Assembly: GCF_009914755.1 (NCBI RefSeq)
Contig: NC_060947.1
DNA: 64,000 nt
From: the human T2T-CHM13v2.0 reference genome, Homo sapiens
Strand: one strand, 5' to 3'
The notes under the pieces: generated by a model
The model's database searches: none
What the model was told of the DNA's origin: nothing
What the model saw: the letters and a program-made list of their open reading frames with translations, nothing else
Made by a program: the position numbers and the translations under genes
Shown: positions 1-14,425 of the stretch, in pieces
Layout: every line of letters begins with the position of its first letter
How positions within the stretch are numbered: the first letter of the stretch is position 1

Positions 1-481
1 GAACACAATCCTGTTCTATGAGGCATGTATGACCATGGGCTATTTGGAGTTAGTCTGAAGAAGAAATGGGGATTACTGCCAAGCATCCTGGATACCTAAT
101 TTAAGGTATACAATCCCATGAGAGCAGACCCTCTTTAGAAGTGTAATCAGAGCCTCCTATGTAACAATACATAAATCAGGTCTCTGCCTTTTCTTAAGAA
201 AAAATACCTTTTTCATGCTGACATTTGATGACTAAAACATAGGATCCCATTTTTCACTGATTTTCATGAAATATCTAAACTCCAGGAACCCAGTCTTGAT
301 TTGACTGCTGTCTAGTTCTTGCCAGAATCCTAGCTAAGTGGTACTGGCACAAGAATTGACAGACATTGACAGAACTGCATACATTTCACAGAGACATAAT
401 TAAATATAAATAAAAACTGAGTGGGTGATAAAGATAGGCGCATAATGTAATGAGAAAAAAATGGAGGAACTATTCAAGTGA

Positions 482-775
<294 letters not shown>

Positions 776-1239
776 TCAAATAATTTTGAGATAATTGTCT
801 ACATGGCAAAAGACTCAAGATAGACATTCAAATTATATACCCAAATACATTCAAGATAAACAACAAAAAAAACCCAAACATAGAAATGAATATACGGACG
901 AATAATTAATCTCTTTGCAAAGAACAACTTTTAAAATATAAAAGTAGAAAAAGAATTTGCAAAGGAAAAGAAAGATTTGATCACCTAAACATATAATACT
1001 TTCGTATGCCAAAAAAAGCTTTAAGGAAATAACAGACTGGTAAAAACAAAACAAAACAACAACAAAAAAATCTTCCCCAAATGGTAATGATGTCAATATA
1101 TTTAATAAAGAAAATGCTCCTAATAACTTAAGACAAAATATATCCACGATCTAATAGAAAAACAGGAACAAAATGGAGGGAATTCACACATTCAAAATAA
1201 ATAACCCCAAACACACTTAGAATGCCTAAAGTAAATTAA

Positions 1240-1970
1240 AATAGGGACAACACCAAATGCTGGTGAGGATGCAGAGATACTGGAACATTGATGATATGCA
1301 GAATGTTATCGTCACTCTGGAAACAGTTTGACACCTTCTCGCAAAACTAAACATGAGCTAACCATATGACCCAGCAATTACACTCTTAGGCATTTACCCC
1401 AGAAAAATCAAGTCATGCCCATATGAAAAGATACGTAAGAATATTCATAGCAGCTTTATTTCCAATAGCCAAAACTATTGATGCATTCAAAAACTTAGAT
1501 GACTTTAAAAGGGTTTATGCTAACTGAAAAAAGTCAATATTAAAAGATTAAAAACTATATTATTCCATATATATAATTTTCTAAGATTGACAAAAGTATA
1601 AAAATGGTGATCAGATTAGTGGTTGCTAGAGGTGAGAGATGGGGGGAGATGAATGCAAATGGCTATCAATGCGTAGAGCAAGTCCTGTACCTTGATTGTG
1701 CTGAAAGTTACATGAAGCTAAACAAGTGATGAAATAGATAAAACTACACACACAAAGACATACATAAATGTACATGAGTACGTGTAAAACTGGTGAAATC
1801 TGAATTAGGTCTGTGAATTGTACCAATGTTGATTTCCTAGTGTTGATACTGTACTATAATTATGTACCGTGTTAACATTGGGAAAAGCTGGGTGAAGAAG
1901 GGAGCACAGGACCTCCTTGTACGTTTCTTTGCAACTTCCTGTGAATCTACAATTCAAAATAGAAAGCTTA
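1240..1970 (+). mobile_element. Old L1 3' end (L1MC-like)
   Basis: L1 ORF2 tail motifs (aaatgctggtgaggatgcagag, accatatgacccagcaatt) and an L1MC-type 3'UTR (aaaactggtgaaatctgaattagg...tttgcaacttcctgtgaatcta). Confidence 0.75.
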
Positions 1971-3594
1971 AAAATAGATGACCATAAATATATGAAAATA
2001 AATTTCACCTTCGGTGGTAATGAAAACTGCAAATTAAAAAACAGCACACATTTTTATCTAATTGCCACTTTTTAAAATTAAAATACTTGAAACTAGTCGT
2101 GCTGAAGTGAGTTAGGTACTCTAATGTACTACCATATTGTTCTATAAATTAGTAGCATCTCTTTGAAGAGCAATCTGGAAACAGGTAGCAAGAAAGTCCT
2201 TTTGAGTCTCTCCGTGCCATAGTAGGGAAATCTCTGTTCTATTACTATTCCTTTCTCCCTCTTCCCCACAAGAGCAGGAAATATGATTGTACCGTAGTAC
2301 AATCTATTTGTACTACGGGTCATCTATCAGGCTAAATTTACCTTCAGGCAGGAAAACTGTTATATAAGGCTACCCCCATATTTCCATATTTTTTGGTTGG
2401 TTCGTTCTCTCTTTCTGTATGTTTCTCACTCTCTCGTTCATTTTTGGATTCCTGTGACTAGGTAGCTGGCCATTTTGTAATCTTTCCTCACTCCCTCTCA
2501 TCTACATTTTTCCTACACAAATCCTGTCAAATATAGCCCCAAATTCTACGTTGCATCCCTAAGACAGCTTAAAGAAATCATCAGGTATATTTGAAGATTT
2601 ATATATAGGGTTATTCATTTGAATGTTAATCACAAAATTTTAAATTAGAAATCTGAAAAATTAAGTACTCTAAAAGTAGGAGACAAGTTAAATGTGGGAT
2701 ATAATATAGCCATTAGAAATAATAATTTTGAAGGACAACGAAATAGTAATATCTTTAAAATATGTGAAACTTTAAAAATCAGGATACAAGAAAATTAGGA
2801 TAAAATATCTATTTTTTTTATTTATTCTTAGGAAAGTAAATTTACATGCAAGTTTACTACCTAGTAGCACACACCTAAATTATAATTGTTAAATTACAAT
2901 GCAATGTTTTAATAATGTTTTAAAATGGCTTAAAATAATTGGCATTCTCAAAAAGTAGATGCTGTAATTTTAAATAATCCTTTTTTTCCTAATTATATTT
3001 ACTTATTAAATATTTTGTTACTGTGATGCGGACATAAGTGTTAGACTTTTAATCATGATAATCTGGTTCTTTAGCGGTACTGGTGTTAATTTTAACTAAT
3101 TATGGAAATGAAATTATTGCTTCCACAGAAATTGTTGGTAGCTCTATAGTTGGCTTGAAATCTTCCCAGTTCCTCCTTCACCCTCTGAAATTTAAAAAAA
3201 AAAAACACTGTATCAAAGCTATATCAAGTATTATGCCTCTTTAAAAAAAACCTCAAGAAAATTACATAAAGTTCCTTCTAAAACTAAATTTCTATGATTC
3301 TATTGGACTCTTTCACACATGGCAGAATAAGAAGAAACAAGAAAAAAACAGCATGAGTAGGCACTCTACTTTTCATTTGTTACTGTCAGAGATATGTATT
3401 TTATGATTTCCACTAACCTACAAAACCTTTCCTGGGGAAAACCGAGGAAACAGAAGTGGAGAGGGCTGACCTTCTCATGGTGGTTCTGAACATCAGAATA
3501 GATGGCACTTGTGCAATATATTATGTTTATTTATATTGCATAATAAAGGTTAAATAGGTAGCTAGCAATATTGAAGATTTAGGTGTTTTATGTA

Positions 3595-3696
3595 CCTATA
3601 TATAATTATATATATAACTACATAGATGATATATAACATAGATACCTATATATAACATATATAACATATATAACATATATATATATATATATATAT
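3595..3696. repeat. (TA)n / (TATAACA)n low-complexity microsatellite
   Basis: Directly visible TA-rich tandem units. Confidence 0.9.
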
Positions 3697-3770
3697 TCCA
3701 TGCAGCATTAACATTTTCAACATCAAATCAATTTTAAGGACAGTCTTATTTTATTGCACACCATTGTGCT

Positions 3771-3838
3771 CTTTTTTATTGTACTTTAAGTTCTGGGATA
3801 CATGTGCAGAAGGTGCAGGTTTGTTACATAGGTATACA
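3771..3838 (-). mobile_element. Extremely 5'-truncated L1PA 3' tip
   Basis: ttttttattgtactttaagttctgggatacatgtgcaga...gtttgttacataggtatac is the antisense L1PA terminus. A degenerate TSD lies at 3757-3773 / 3837-3853. Confidence 0.85.
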
Positions 3839-5419
3839 CATCGTTGTATTCTTAAAGTGCTAATACTAGACCTAATTCAGTTTTTTTTTTAAAAAAAAAC
3901 TATTTTCCACACCGTAAACATCTACTCTGTGAGATGATGCACTGAGAGATGATCGAGCCGTGTACAGCTGTTCAGTCTTATCCAAAATGGCCTCTGAATG
4001 CTGTGTGTTTAGAGATGTCTGTCTGTTTCCCTGGTGTTCATAAACACATTTTGAGGATACCTTTTTGCCCTCTTTACTTCTACTTTGACTTGCACTGAGG
4101 TAGTTCTTTAGGCTTTTGTCTCAATGAAATCAAGCTGTTCATGCCTAGGGTGATGATATAAATGACTGGCCAAATGAGGATACTTTTGAATGGAAAAGAG
4201 TACTATTAATAATTATGCAGTAACAATATGAATAAAGGAGGGTTACCCCAGGCAAACTGGGATGCATTGGTCATCCCACCCATGTCTCAAGCAGCTATCA
4301 AAGAGAAACTCAAAATCAGTTTGAAACATGCCCTCAGGCAAAAATCAGTTTTAGTGTTCATTTATCTTTCCGGATTCCCAGTTTCACTCCCTTTCTATCT
4401 TCTAAACATGTCCCTTAATTTTCTAGTGAGTTCAGTGATGTAATTTAAAATGTTTTTTTTAAATAGTTTATCAAGCATTTTTAGTTGTTTTACACAAGAG
4501 GATAGCTCAGGGTATCTAGTTTCCCACTCTGCTAAAAATAGAGATCCTGATTGCCATCTTTTAATGTGTATAAACATGCAAACATACACATAAAGAGAAA
4601 TGCAATTTTTAAAAGTCTGGCAAGAAACAAAATGTTAAGAGTCATAATTTATAGAAAGCAAGAATATGCGTGATGTGTTTTCTCTTTAAAAAATTCTCTA
4701 TATATCCAAATGCTTTACAGTAAGTTGTATTACTTTTGTATAAGAGAAAAAAGCTGAGATGATTGATATTTGAGGAAATCAATCTAAGAAATAAGCTCAT
4801 CTTCTATGAGTTGAGATTCAGCAATCTCTATTCTTATGCGAAATCATGTAATCAAGAGCTCTGTATCTTGATTATTGTATTTTACTTCCTTTTAGAACAT
4901 TTTCATTATTTATAACTGTTTTACCCTAATTTTTTTTCATCGATGACCAGTATGTAATGTGCTGTTCACTGCCTTCTATATAAGTATTCATCTCTCCAAT
5001 GTCTCGTACAGAAACCAAAGAAAATCCACCTTTTATAACCAATTGGCATGGTTCATTTTAATCACTTGTGGTTATAAAAATACTTCTTTTTGTCTAGCTG
5101 TCAATATCCTCACTGTAAAGCAGGGATAATAATCTATTTAAGAAGTTTATTGTGGCAATAACATGGTGTAACGTTTACAAAACACCTATATGGTGCCCTT
5201 TCCTGTCACCACCACTTTTGTGCATTAACAGCTAAATGTAACCTTCAGTTATATGTGATTCGTGTTCGTTTTGTTTCTTTATTTTTCCCTTGTTTTAAAT
5301 TTATCCGAGTTTTTCTCTGTAAGGCCAAATTCTTTTGGAAAGTAGGTAAACGCAAACAACCCAGATAAATTAACTGACAAGTTTATTGAAGAAGCTATAT
5401 TTCAGAAGGGCTATGCATC

Positions 5420-6053
5420 CTTCTATGTTCATTGCAGCATTATCCACAATAGCCAAAATATAGAAAACAATGTAGATGTCCATCAATGGATGAATAAAGA
5501 AACAGCGTTGTCTCTATAGACATAGATATATGTATACACACACACACACACACATATATACACACATACACACAATGGAATATTATTCAGCCTTAAAAAA
5601 AAAGAGGAAATCCTGCCATTTGCCACAACATGGATAGACCTAAAAGACATTATGCTAAGTAGAATAAGCCAGAGAAAGAAAATTATCTCACTTATATGCA
5701 AAATTAAAAAGGTCAAATATAGAGATAAAAAATAAAACAGTGATTATCAGAGTCAGGAGTAAGGAGAGGAAATAGGGAGATGTAGGTCAAAGGGTGCAAA
5801 GTAGCAAATATGTATGAGCAAGTCCAAAGATCTAATGTACAACATGAGGATTATAGTTAATAACAGTGTATTGTATTTAAGATGTTTACACCTTGAATTT
5901 AGCTGCTATCATTGTGGGAATACAAGATATATATACATATATATATGTGTGTATATATATATGTACACATATATATGTGTACATATATATATATATATCT
6001 TGTATTACGTTGCATACATACCTTAAATATATGCAATAAAATTTGTTTAAAGA
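5420..6053 (+). mobile_element. 5'-truncated L1MA (L1MA8-like) with internal microsatellites
   Basis: L1 tail motifs (atgttcattgcagcatta, gtaggtcaaagggtgcaaagtagc, gatctaatgtacaacatgagg) and AATAAA. Exact 14-bp TSD aagggctatgcatc at 5406-5419 and 6054-6067. Confidence 0.88.
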
Positions 6054-6094
6054 AAGGGCTATGCATCATTGTTGCCACCGCTAGAGGACTCACC

Positions 6095-6408
6095 TTTTTT
6101 TTTTTTTTTTTTTTTTTTGTTTGAGATGGAGTCTCGCTCTGTCGCCCAGCCTAGAGTGCAGTGGCACGGTCTTGGTTCACTGCAACCTCCCCGCCTCCTG
6201 AGTTCAAGCAATTCTCCTGTCTCAGCCTTCTGAGTAGCTTGGGTTACAGGTAAACACCACCACGCCCCAGTTAATTTCTGTATTTTTTAGTAGAGATGGG
6301 GATTCACCATATTGGTCAGGCTGGTCTCGAACTCCTGACCTCAGGTGATCCACCCAACTCGGCCTCCCAAAGTGTTGGGATTACAGGCATGAGCCACCAC
6401 ACCTGGCC
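6095..6408 (-). mobile_element. Alu SINE, AluS-type
   Basis: Long poly(T) followed by an antisense Alu dimer containing gacctcaggtgatcc. Confidence 0.93.
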
Positions 6409-6739
6409 CCAGCTATCTTTAAAAAAAATCAGTGATTTATTTAACATTTACTGGCTGAGCAAATGTTTATTTAACACCTGCTATGTGCCAGGTGCTATTC
6501 TATATCTGAGGGATACAGCACTGGTTAAACTAGACAAAGTATTTGAGCTCTTGAAGGTCATTTTTTTGTATATGTTTTTGGAGGGTATGTGATGGGGTGA
6601 AGAGATCGACAAGCAAGTCAATTACAGATTATGATACGTAATACTTTGATTGAAATATGCAGGATAATGTGATTTACAATGATTGGATGGTTATTTAAGC
6701 AAAGTACCAGGGTTATGGAGATGATATCTGAGTTAATTT

Positions 6740-6962
6740 TACCTAACTTTTGAGTACCTACTAGTGTTAGGCATATTTTTAAGCACTTCACATGCATTAA
6801 CTTATTTAATCTTATAACATCCCTACAAAGTGTTATCATTATCCACATATTACGTATGAGGAAATTGAGGCACCAAGAAATTAAGTAACCTGACAAAGTT
6901 AGGAGGCAGAGACAGGATTCAAATGCAATATTTTTATTTCAAAACCTGGTGTTCTCCACCAC
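6740..6962 (-). mobile_element. MIR SINE, interrupted by MER41
   Basis: MIR core motifs atgaggaaattgaggcac, taagtaacctg and gcagagacaggattcaaa. Confidence 0.7.
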
Positions 6963-7566
6963 TGGCAGAGGCATTTGAACCAGAATGACTTCATTTTGAA
7001 TAGGAGGTGGGTAAAATAAGGCTGAGACCTACTGGGCTTCATTCCCAGGAAGGTAAGGCATTCTTAGTCTCCGAATGAGATAGGAGGTCTGCACAAGATA
7101 CAGGTCACAAACACGTTGCCAGCCAAAACCTACCAAAACCAAGACAGCAATGAGAGTGACCTCTGCTTGTCCTCACTGCTCATTATGTGCTAATTATAAT
7201 GCATTAGCATGCTAAAAGACACTCCCACCAGTGCCACGACAGTTTACAAATGCCATGGCAACATCAGGAAATTATTCTATATGGTCTAAAAAGGGGAGGA
7301 ACTCTCAGTTCTGGGAATTGCCCACCCCTTTCCCAAAAAACTCATGAATAATCCACCCCTTGTTTAGCATATAATCAAGAAGTAACAATAAGTATAAGCA
7401 GCTGAGCAGCCCATGCTGCTGCCAATGAAGTAGACATTCTTTCACTCCTTTACTTTCTTAATAAACTTGCTTTCACTTTACTCTATAGATTCACCTCAAA
7501 TTCTTTCTTGCGTGAGATCTAAGAACCCTCTCCTGGGGTCTGTATCGGGACCCCTTTCTAGTAACA
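6963..7566 (+). mobile_element. MER41B-like solo LTR (ERV1)
   Basis: TG...CA ends (tggcagaggcatttgaacc ... ccctttctagtaaca) and MER41 body (ggctgagacctactggg, gctaattataatgcattagcatgc). 4-bp TSD CCAC at 6959-6962 / 7567-7570. Confidence 0.92.
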
Positions 7567-7599
7567 CCACTATGCTACAGTGCAAAAAAACAGGAGAAC

Positions 7600-7883
7600 A
7601 CTGGAGGCCATCATGCTAAAAGAAGTATCTCGGAATGGAAAGCCAAATACTGTATGATCTCATAAGTGGGAGCTAGGCTATGAGGACAGAAAGTCCTAGA
7701 GAGTAATATGATGGACTTTGGAGACTCAGTGGGGAAGGTTAGGAGAGGGGTGAGAGACAAAAGATGACATGTTGGGTACAGTGTACACTGCTCGGGTGAT
7801 GGGTGCACTCAAATCTCACAATTTACCACTAAAGAACTCATCCATGTAACCAAAAACCACCTGTACCCAAAAACTATAGAAAT
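7600..7883 (+). mobile_element. L1PB-type 3' end fragment
   Basis: ataagtgggagcta, gggtacagtgtacactgctcgggtgatgggtgcac and accactaaagaactcatccatgtaacc are L1PB 3'UTR motifs. Confidence 0.85.
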
Positions 7884-7991
7884 TATATATATACAGACAT
7901 ATACATGCACATATATACACACATATATACACATATATACACACATATACACATACACATATACACATATATACATACACACATATATATA

Positions 7992-8025
<34 letters not shown>

Positions 8026-8028
8026 CAC
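7884..8028. repeat. (CATATA)n/(TA)n microsatellite at the L1 tail
   Basis: Directly visible alternating purine-pyrimidine repeat. Confidence 0.92.
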
Positions 8029-8674
8029 AACAGGGGAAGAGTATAACAAGCAGAAGGAATAGTAAATTCAAAAGCCCTCACGTGGGCATGATGGAAATGA
8101 TCCAGTACCAATTGTTACATTGATGCATGAGAAAAAAAAGGATATAACAGCAGGAGTGACATCCTTAAGTAGGTGAGAATTACTGCTGAGAGAAAAGGAT
8201 AGCTGTGCACTGGTGCTCATGAGCTCCACTACCAAGAACAGTGATGGGAGTTAAGGCTGACTCACAGCTGGTAGCTACCACAAGCTAGGGTAGAAGCTGG
8301 GGAGACTGCTGCACGCTTTTCTATTACCTAGGGTTAATCACTCTTGAGAAAAGGAGGTCAGCCAGGAATAACCTCAAAACCTCTCACCAAGGAAAGTGCT
8401 ACAATTTCCAGTACAAACAAATAAAACAAACAAAAAAAAAATGGAAAGGTTTGAAGACCAAATATATTGGGTAGTAGTGCAAGCTAATCATTGGCATTCA
8501 TCCTAAGTGCTTCTTTTATTTAGGGTTGTTATCATGTGACTGTATCTTATCAGAGCAGAGATTTTTGTCTTGGTGGTGTTTTATCCCTTGCATGAATAGC
8601 TATGCTTGACATGGAAGGTATTCAATAAATATTTGTTAAGGTCTTAAAATATTTTGATTCACAGATAATGACTT

Positions 8675-9348
8675 TGTTACAGGTAGTTACACAGCCATGA
8701 GCACTGCAGGAGAGGGCTCTTCCCCCCACTCACAAGGAATGTTGTGTGATGATGGTTCCACAATTATCACATTGACTCTCTGAAAGTGATAAATTGTCAG
8801 CCAGTGTGAGGGAGAGGCCATTTCCTGATGGTCCACACCTGTTGCACTAAAGTGTTAACTGAACGCAGATGCCAGGGAGATGCAAATTCCTGGGCATGTG
8901 GATTGAGAGACAAAATGGCCGCATATGACCTTCCAGGGACACACTACCGGAAAAGGGAAGAAAGATTCCAATGGGCATGCATACAACTTCCTAAACACAC
9001 TGCATGTGCTCACTTCCCAAGGGTAACAGGGGCACTGCACATGCAGCCAGTCCATCCTAAGGAAAGAATCATGGGAGAGGGGCCAGCCCATGAAGTCCTA
9101 GGATCAAGGTTAAACACCACACTTGACCTTCACCTGCCTACTTCGGTCTCTTCTAAGCGTTCTTTCCTGTTCTAAAAACCTTTTTAAATAAACTTCCCCT
9201 TCGGTTCTGCAACTTGCTTCAGTCTCTTTTTCTGCCTTATGCCCCTCACTTGAGGGGTATAAGGAGGCAACAATTGAGGAAGAATTGAGGTTGCTGCAGA
9301 CTCGTATGGATTTGCCACCAGTAACCAGGATATGTTCCACCAGTAACA
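8675..9348 (+). mobile_element. MER50-like solo LTR (ERV1)
   Basis: Inverted termini tgttac...gtaaca and body gggagaggccatttcctgatggtccacacctgttgcac. 4-bp TSD ACTT at 8671-8674 / 9349-9352. The LTR call is firm; the family name is recalled. Confidence 0.82.
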
Positions 9349-9419
9349 ACTTCACCTATTATCTCATCTCAAGCTAAAAATTAATTCAGGAAATAAACTT
9401 GGAATTTGGAGTCCTACAC

Positions 9420-9708
9420 CAGACTCTGTCAGTCTTCTGTCCACATTCCTTTGGATCCCTTTGCCATTCTCATGCACACAGGCTCCTGGTGTGTTTTAAC
9501 TTCCAAAAGCCAGCACTACGGTTGGTGCACTCTTTGTTGGAGGAATCCCCTCAGGCTGCTGGGATCCCTGACCACACCCAAGAAGATCAAGAGGTACCTG
9601 GGAATTTACATTCCTCACATATATCCCTAGGCTAATGACAGCATGGTGTAGAAATATAAGTACCCCTGCTCCCCTGCTCCAGTAGAACAGCTCTGAGATG
9701 TCATCCTC
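9420..9708 (+). mobile_element. LTR33-like ERVL LTR fragment
   Basis: Motifs ggaatttacattcc, ctaatgac, tataagtacccctgctccc and acagctctgag resemble the LTR33 promoter region. Confidence 0.5.
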
Positions 9709-10098
9709 ATCTAATTAAGTTTAGTATAGAGCCGCCTTTTCCATGTTTTAAGTTCAGCCTAAAGGTTTCTCTGTACATACTAAACTGTAACCTAACTGGG
9801 TATATAAATAGACTGTAAACTACTGTTGTGCTAATCACTGAGTTTCAGCCAATCAAGGGTGGCCAACTGTTCAAACCATGTTCAAATAAGGCAAACACCA
9901 CACTGTAACCAATCCAGCTGTTTCTGTACTTAGCTTCCATTTTCTGTACTTTTCTTTTTCTCTCCTTAAATCCTCTCTGGCCACATGGCAGCTCTGGAGT
10001 CTCTCTGAATCTACTCTGGTCTAAGGGCTGCCTGACTCACTAATCATTCTTTGTGCAATTCAATTCTGTTTAATTTGTCTAAAGATTTTCTTTTGACA
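9709..10098 (+). mobile_element. MER57-like solo LTR (ERV1)
   Basis: aattaagttta...ttttaagttcagcctaaaggtttctc, gccaactgttcaaaccatgttcaaataaggcaaac and the end ttttcttttgaca match MER57. Confidence 0.85.
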
Positions 10099-10105
10099 CC
10101 CACAG

Positions 10106-10674
10106 TGTCAGAGACATTCGAAGCATAGTGACTACATCTTGAAAGGGGCTGCGTAAATTAAGACTAAGACCTTCTGCACCACATTCCCAGGAGATTAGGC
10201 ATTCATAGTCACAGGATGAGATAGGAGGTCCACAGGACTATATTACAAGATACAGGTCATAAAGACCCAGCTGATAGGATGTAGTAAAGAAGCCAGCCAA
10301 AACCCATCAAATCCAACATAGTAATGAAAGTGACCTCTGGCCGTCCTCACTGCACATTATATGCTAATTATAATGCATTAGCATGCTAAAACACACTCCC
10401 ATCAGCACCACCAGAGTTTAAAATGCCACAGCAACATCAGGAAGTTATTCTGTACGGTCTAAAAGGGGGAGGAACCCTCAGTTCTGGGAATTGCCTGCCC
10501 CTTTCCCAGAAAACTCATGAATAATCCACTCTTTAATGTATGACCAAGAAATAACTATAAGTATACTCAGTCAAGAAGCCCATGCTGCTGCTCTGTCTAC
10601 AGAGCAGCCATTCTTTTGCTTCTTTACTTCTTAAGTAAACTTGCTTTCATTTTACTCTATGGTCTTACCCCAAA
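10106..10674 (+). mobile_element. Second MER41-family LTR, 3'-truncated
   Basis: Starts tgtcagag and is colinear with 6963-7500 (ggatgagataggagg, gtgacctctg, gctaattataatgcattagcatgct). The last ~65 bp are missing and it abuts L1. Confidence 0.9.
10482..10511. promoter_or_regulatory. Tandem GAS (STAT) motifs in MER41
   Basis: TTCTGGGAA at 10482-10490 and TTCCCAGAA at 10503-10511 both fit TTC-N3-GAA. Function is not shown by sequence alone. Confidence 0.55.
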
Positions 10675-12749
<2,075 letters not shown>

Positions 12750-12750
<1 letters not shown>

Positions 12751-13470
12751 GAATTAAAAAGGGATTTATTTTAAAATACTACTGCCCACTGACAATAAAC
12801 CCAAGAACTCTGATGGAGATGAATGCTGCTTTTATGCCTCCTAACTCAACACTCATTCTGCAGCCCATAGATCAAAGAGTAATTTCAACTTTCAGTTTGT
12901 CTTATTTAAGAAATATATTTTGTAAGGCTATAGCTGCCATAGACAGTGATTCCTTTGATGGATCTTAGCAAAAACAATTAAAACCCTTTTCAAAAAAATT
13001 CACTATTTTAGATGACATCAGGAACATTCATGATACATGGGAGGAGGTCAAAGTATCAACATCAACAGAAATCTTTTGTTTAAACAAAGGGTCAATTGAT
13101 GTGGCAATCTTCATTGTTGTCATAGTTTAAGAAATTTCCACAGCCATCCCAACCTTCAGCAACCATCACCCTGATTAGTCAGCAGCCATCAACACTGAGG
13201 GAAGACCTTCCACCAGCAAAAATACTATAACTTGTTGAAGGCTCAAATGATCATTAGCATATTTTTTTTTTAGCAATAGAGTATTTTTAAATTAAGGTAT
13301 GCACTTTTCTTATACATTATCCATTTGCACACTTATTAGACTACAGTATAGTGTGAACATGACTTTTATATGCACTGGGAATCACAGAAATTTGTCTTTC
13401 TTTATTGTGATATTCACTCCTACTGCAGTGATCTGGAACCAAATCCTCAACATTCCTGAGGTATGCCAGT
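12750..13470 (+). mobile_element. Tigger1 DNA transposon, 3' part with internal deletion
   Basis: Translates to [21 protein letters not shown]...YLRN, a pogo/Tigger DDE motif. The Tigger1 3' end cagcagccatcaaca...tgaggtatgcc(a)g is followed by TA. Confidence 0.88.
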
Positions 13471-14269
13471 ATTGGTTTTTATGTAATACAATATTAAAGT
13501 AGAAATCATCTAAGAATTATTATTTTTAAAAATGACTGAAAGCTAAAAAGCAAATAAGGTCAAATGGACATAGGAATATTTGTGGAAATATTTGCAATAC
13601 AAATAATATTAACACATTTGCAATCAAGCAGCTCTTATAAATCAATACATGACACCAATACAATATAAAAAAGATAAATCACATCATGTCACTTTTCTGA
13701 TCAAAACCTACAACTGTCTCCACATTTGCTACTAAATAAAACCAAAACTCATTCATCTGTTACATAAGGGATTTTAGCATTTTATTTATATATCTCTTCC
13801 AAGCCTTCTCCCTTCTTATTTCAGCTTGTGCATCTGACAAAATAGAGGAACAAAACTCACTGTTCTTCACACAAGCTCCTTTTCTGCCATGGTTCATGTT
13901 GTTTATTTGCATGGAATTATACCTGTATCCCTTCTTTCAATGTCTAAATTCAAAGTAACCTTTAGGCCCCGACTGAAATACTCCTCCTACATGAGGCCTT
14001 CCTTGATTCTGTCTACCAGGAGTACTTTGTTGCTTCTCTGAAATCCATGCCACTTTTTCTGGGACTCTCACAGGACTTACTGTATTCTCACTTGTGTTTT
14101 AGAAATTTGTGAATGTGTTTACCTCCTCTGTGGCCTGTAAGATCCAAAGCCTGATAATTTGCCACCTTCTTGGTTTCCCATGATAGAACCTAGCACATAT
14201 AACAAGGCAAAGGGGTGTCATAATAATGAGGCATAATAAAACCAACTGTACCACACCAACAAGACAGAG

Positions 14270-14425
14270 TAATGGTTAAAACAACCTAGTTTCAAAATCC
14301 AGGACTGCAGCCTACTAAATAATTCCGTAACATTCCCTGATATTTCTGAGCTTTGAAACTTACTTCTATAAAATAGGGTTAAAATTTACCTTAGGGCCGT
14401 TGGAAATTTTAACTGAGGTAGCATT
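14270..14425 (+). mobile_element. MIR fragment
   Basis: Degenerate MIR core (ttctgagct...tataaaatagggttaaaa...cttagggc). Confidence 0.4.

Noticed and set aside
3879-3901. T10-A9 palindrome (also T9-A15 at about 41016-41039)
   Set aside because: Homopolymer juxtapositions are common in AT-rich DNA and do not resemble a functional terminator here.
6963-10674. Two MER41 LTRs in direct orientation as the ends of one provirus
   Set aside because: The first has its own CCAC TSD on both sides, the copies differ by many substitutions and indels, and no ERV internal sequence lies between them.
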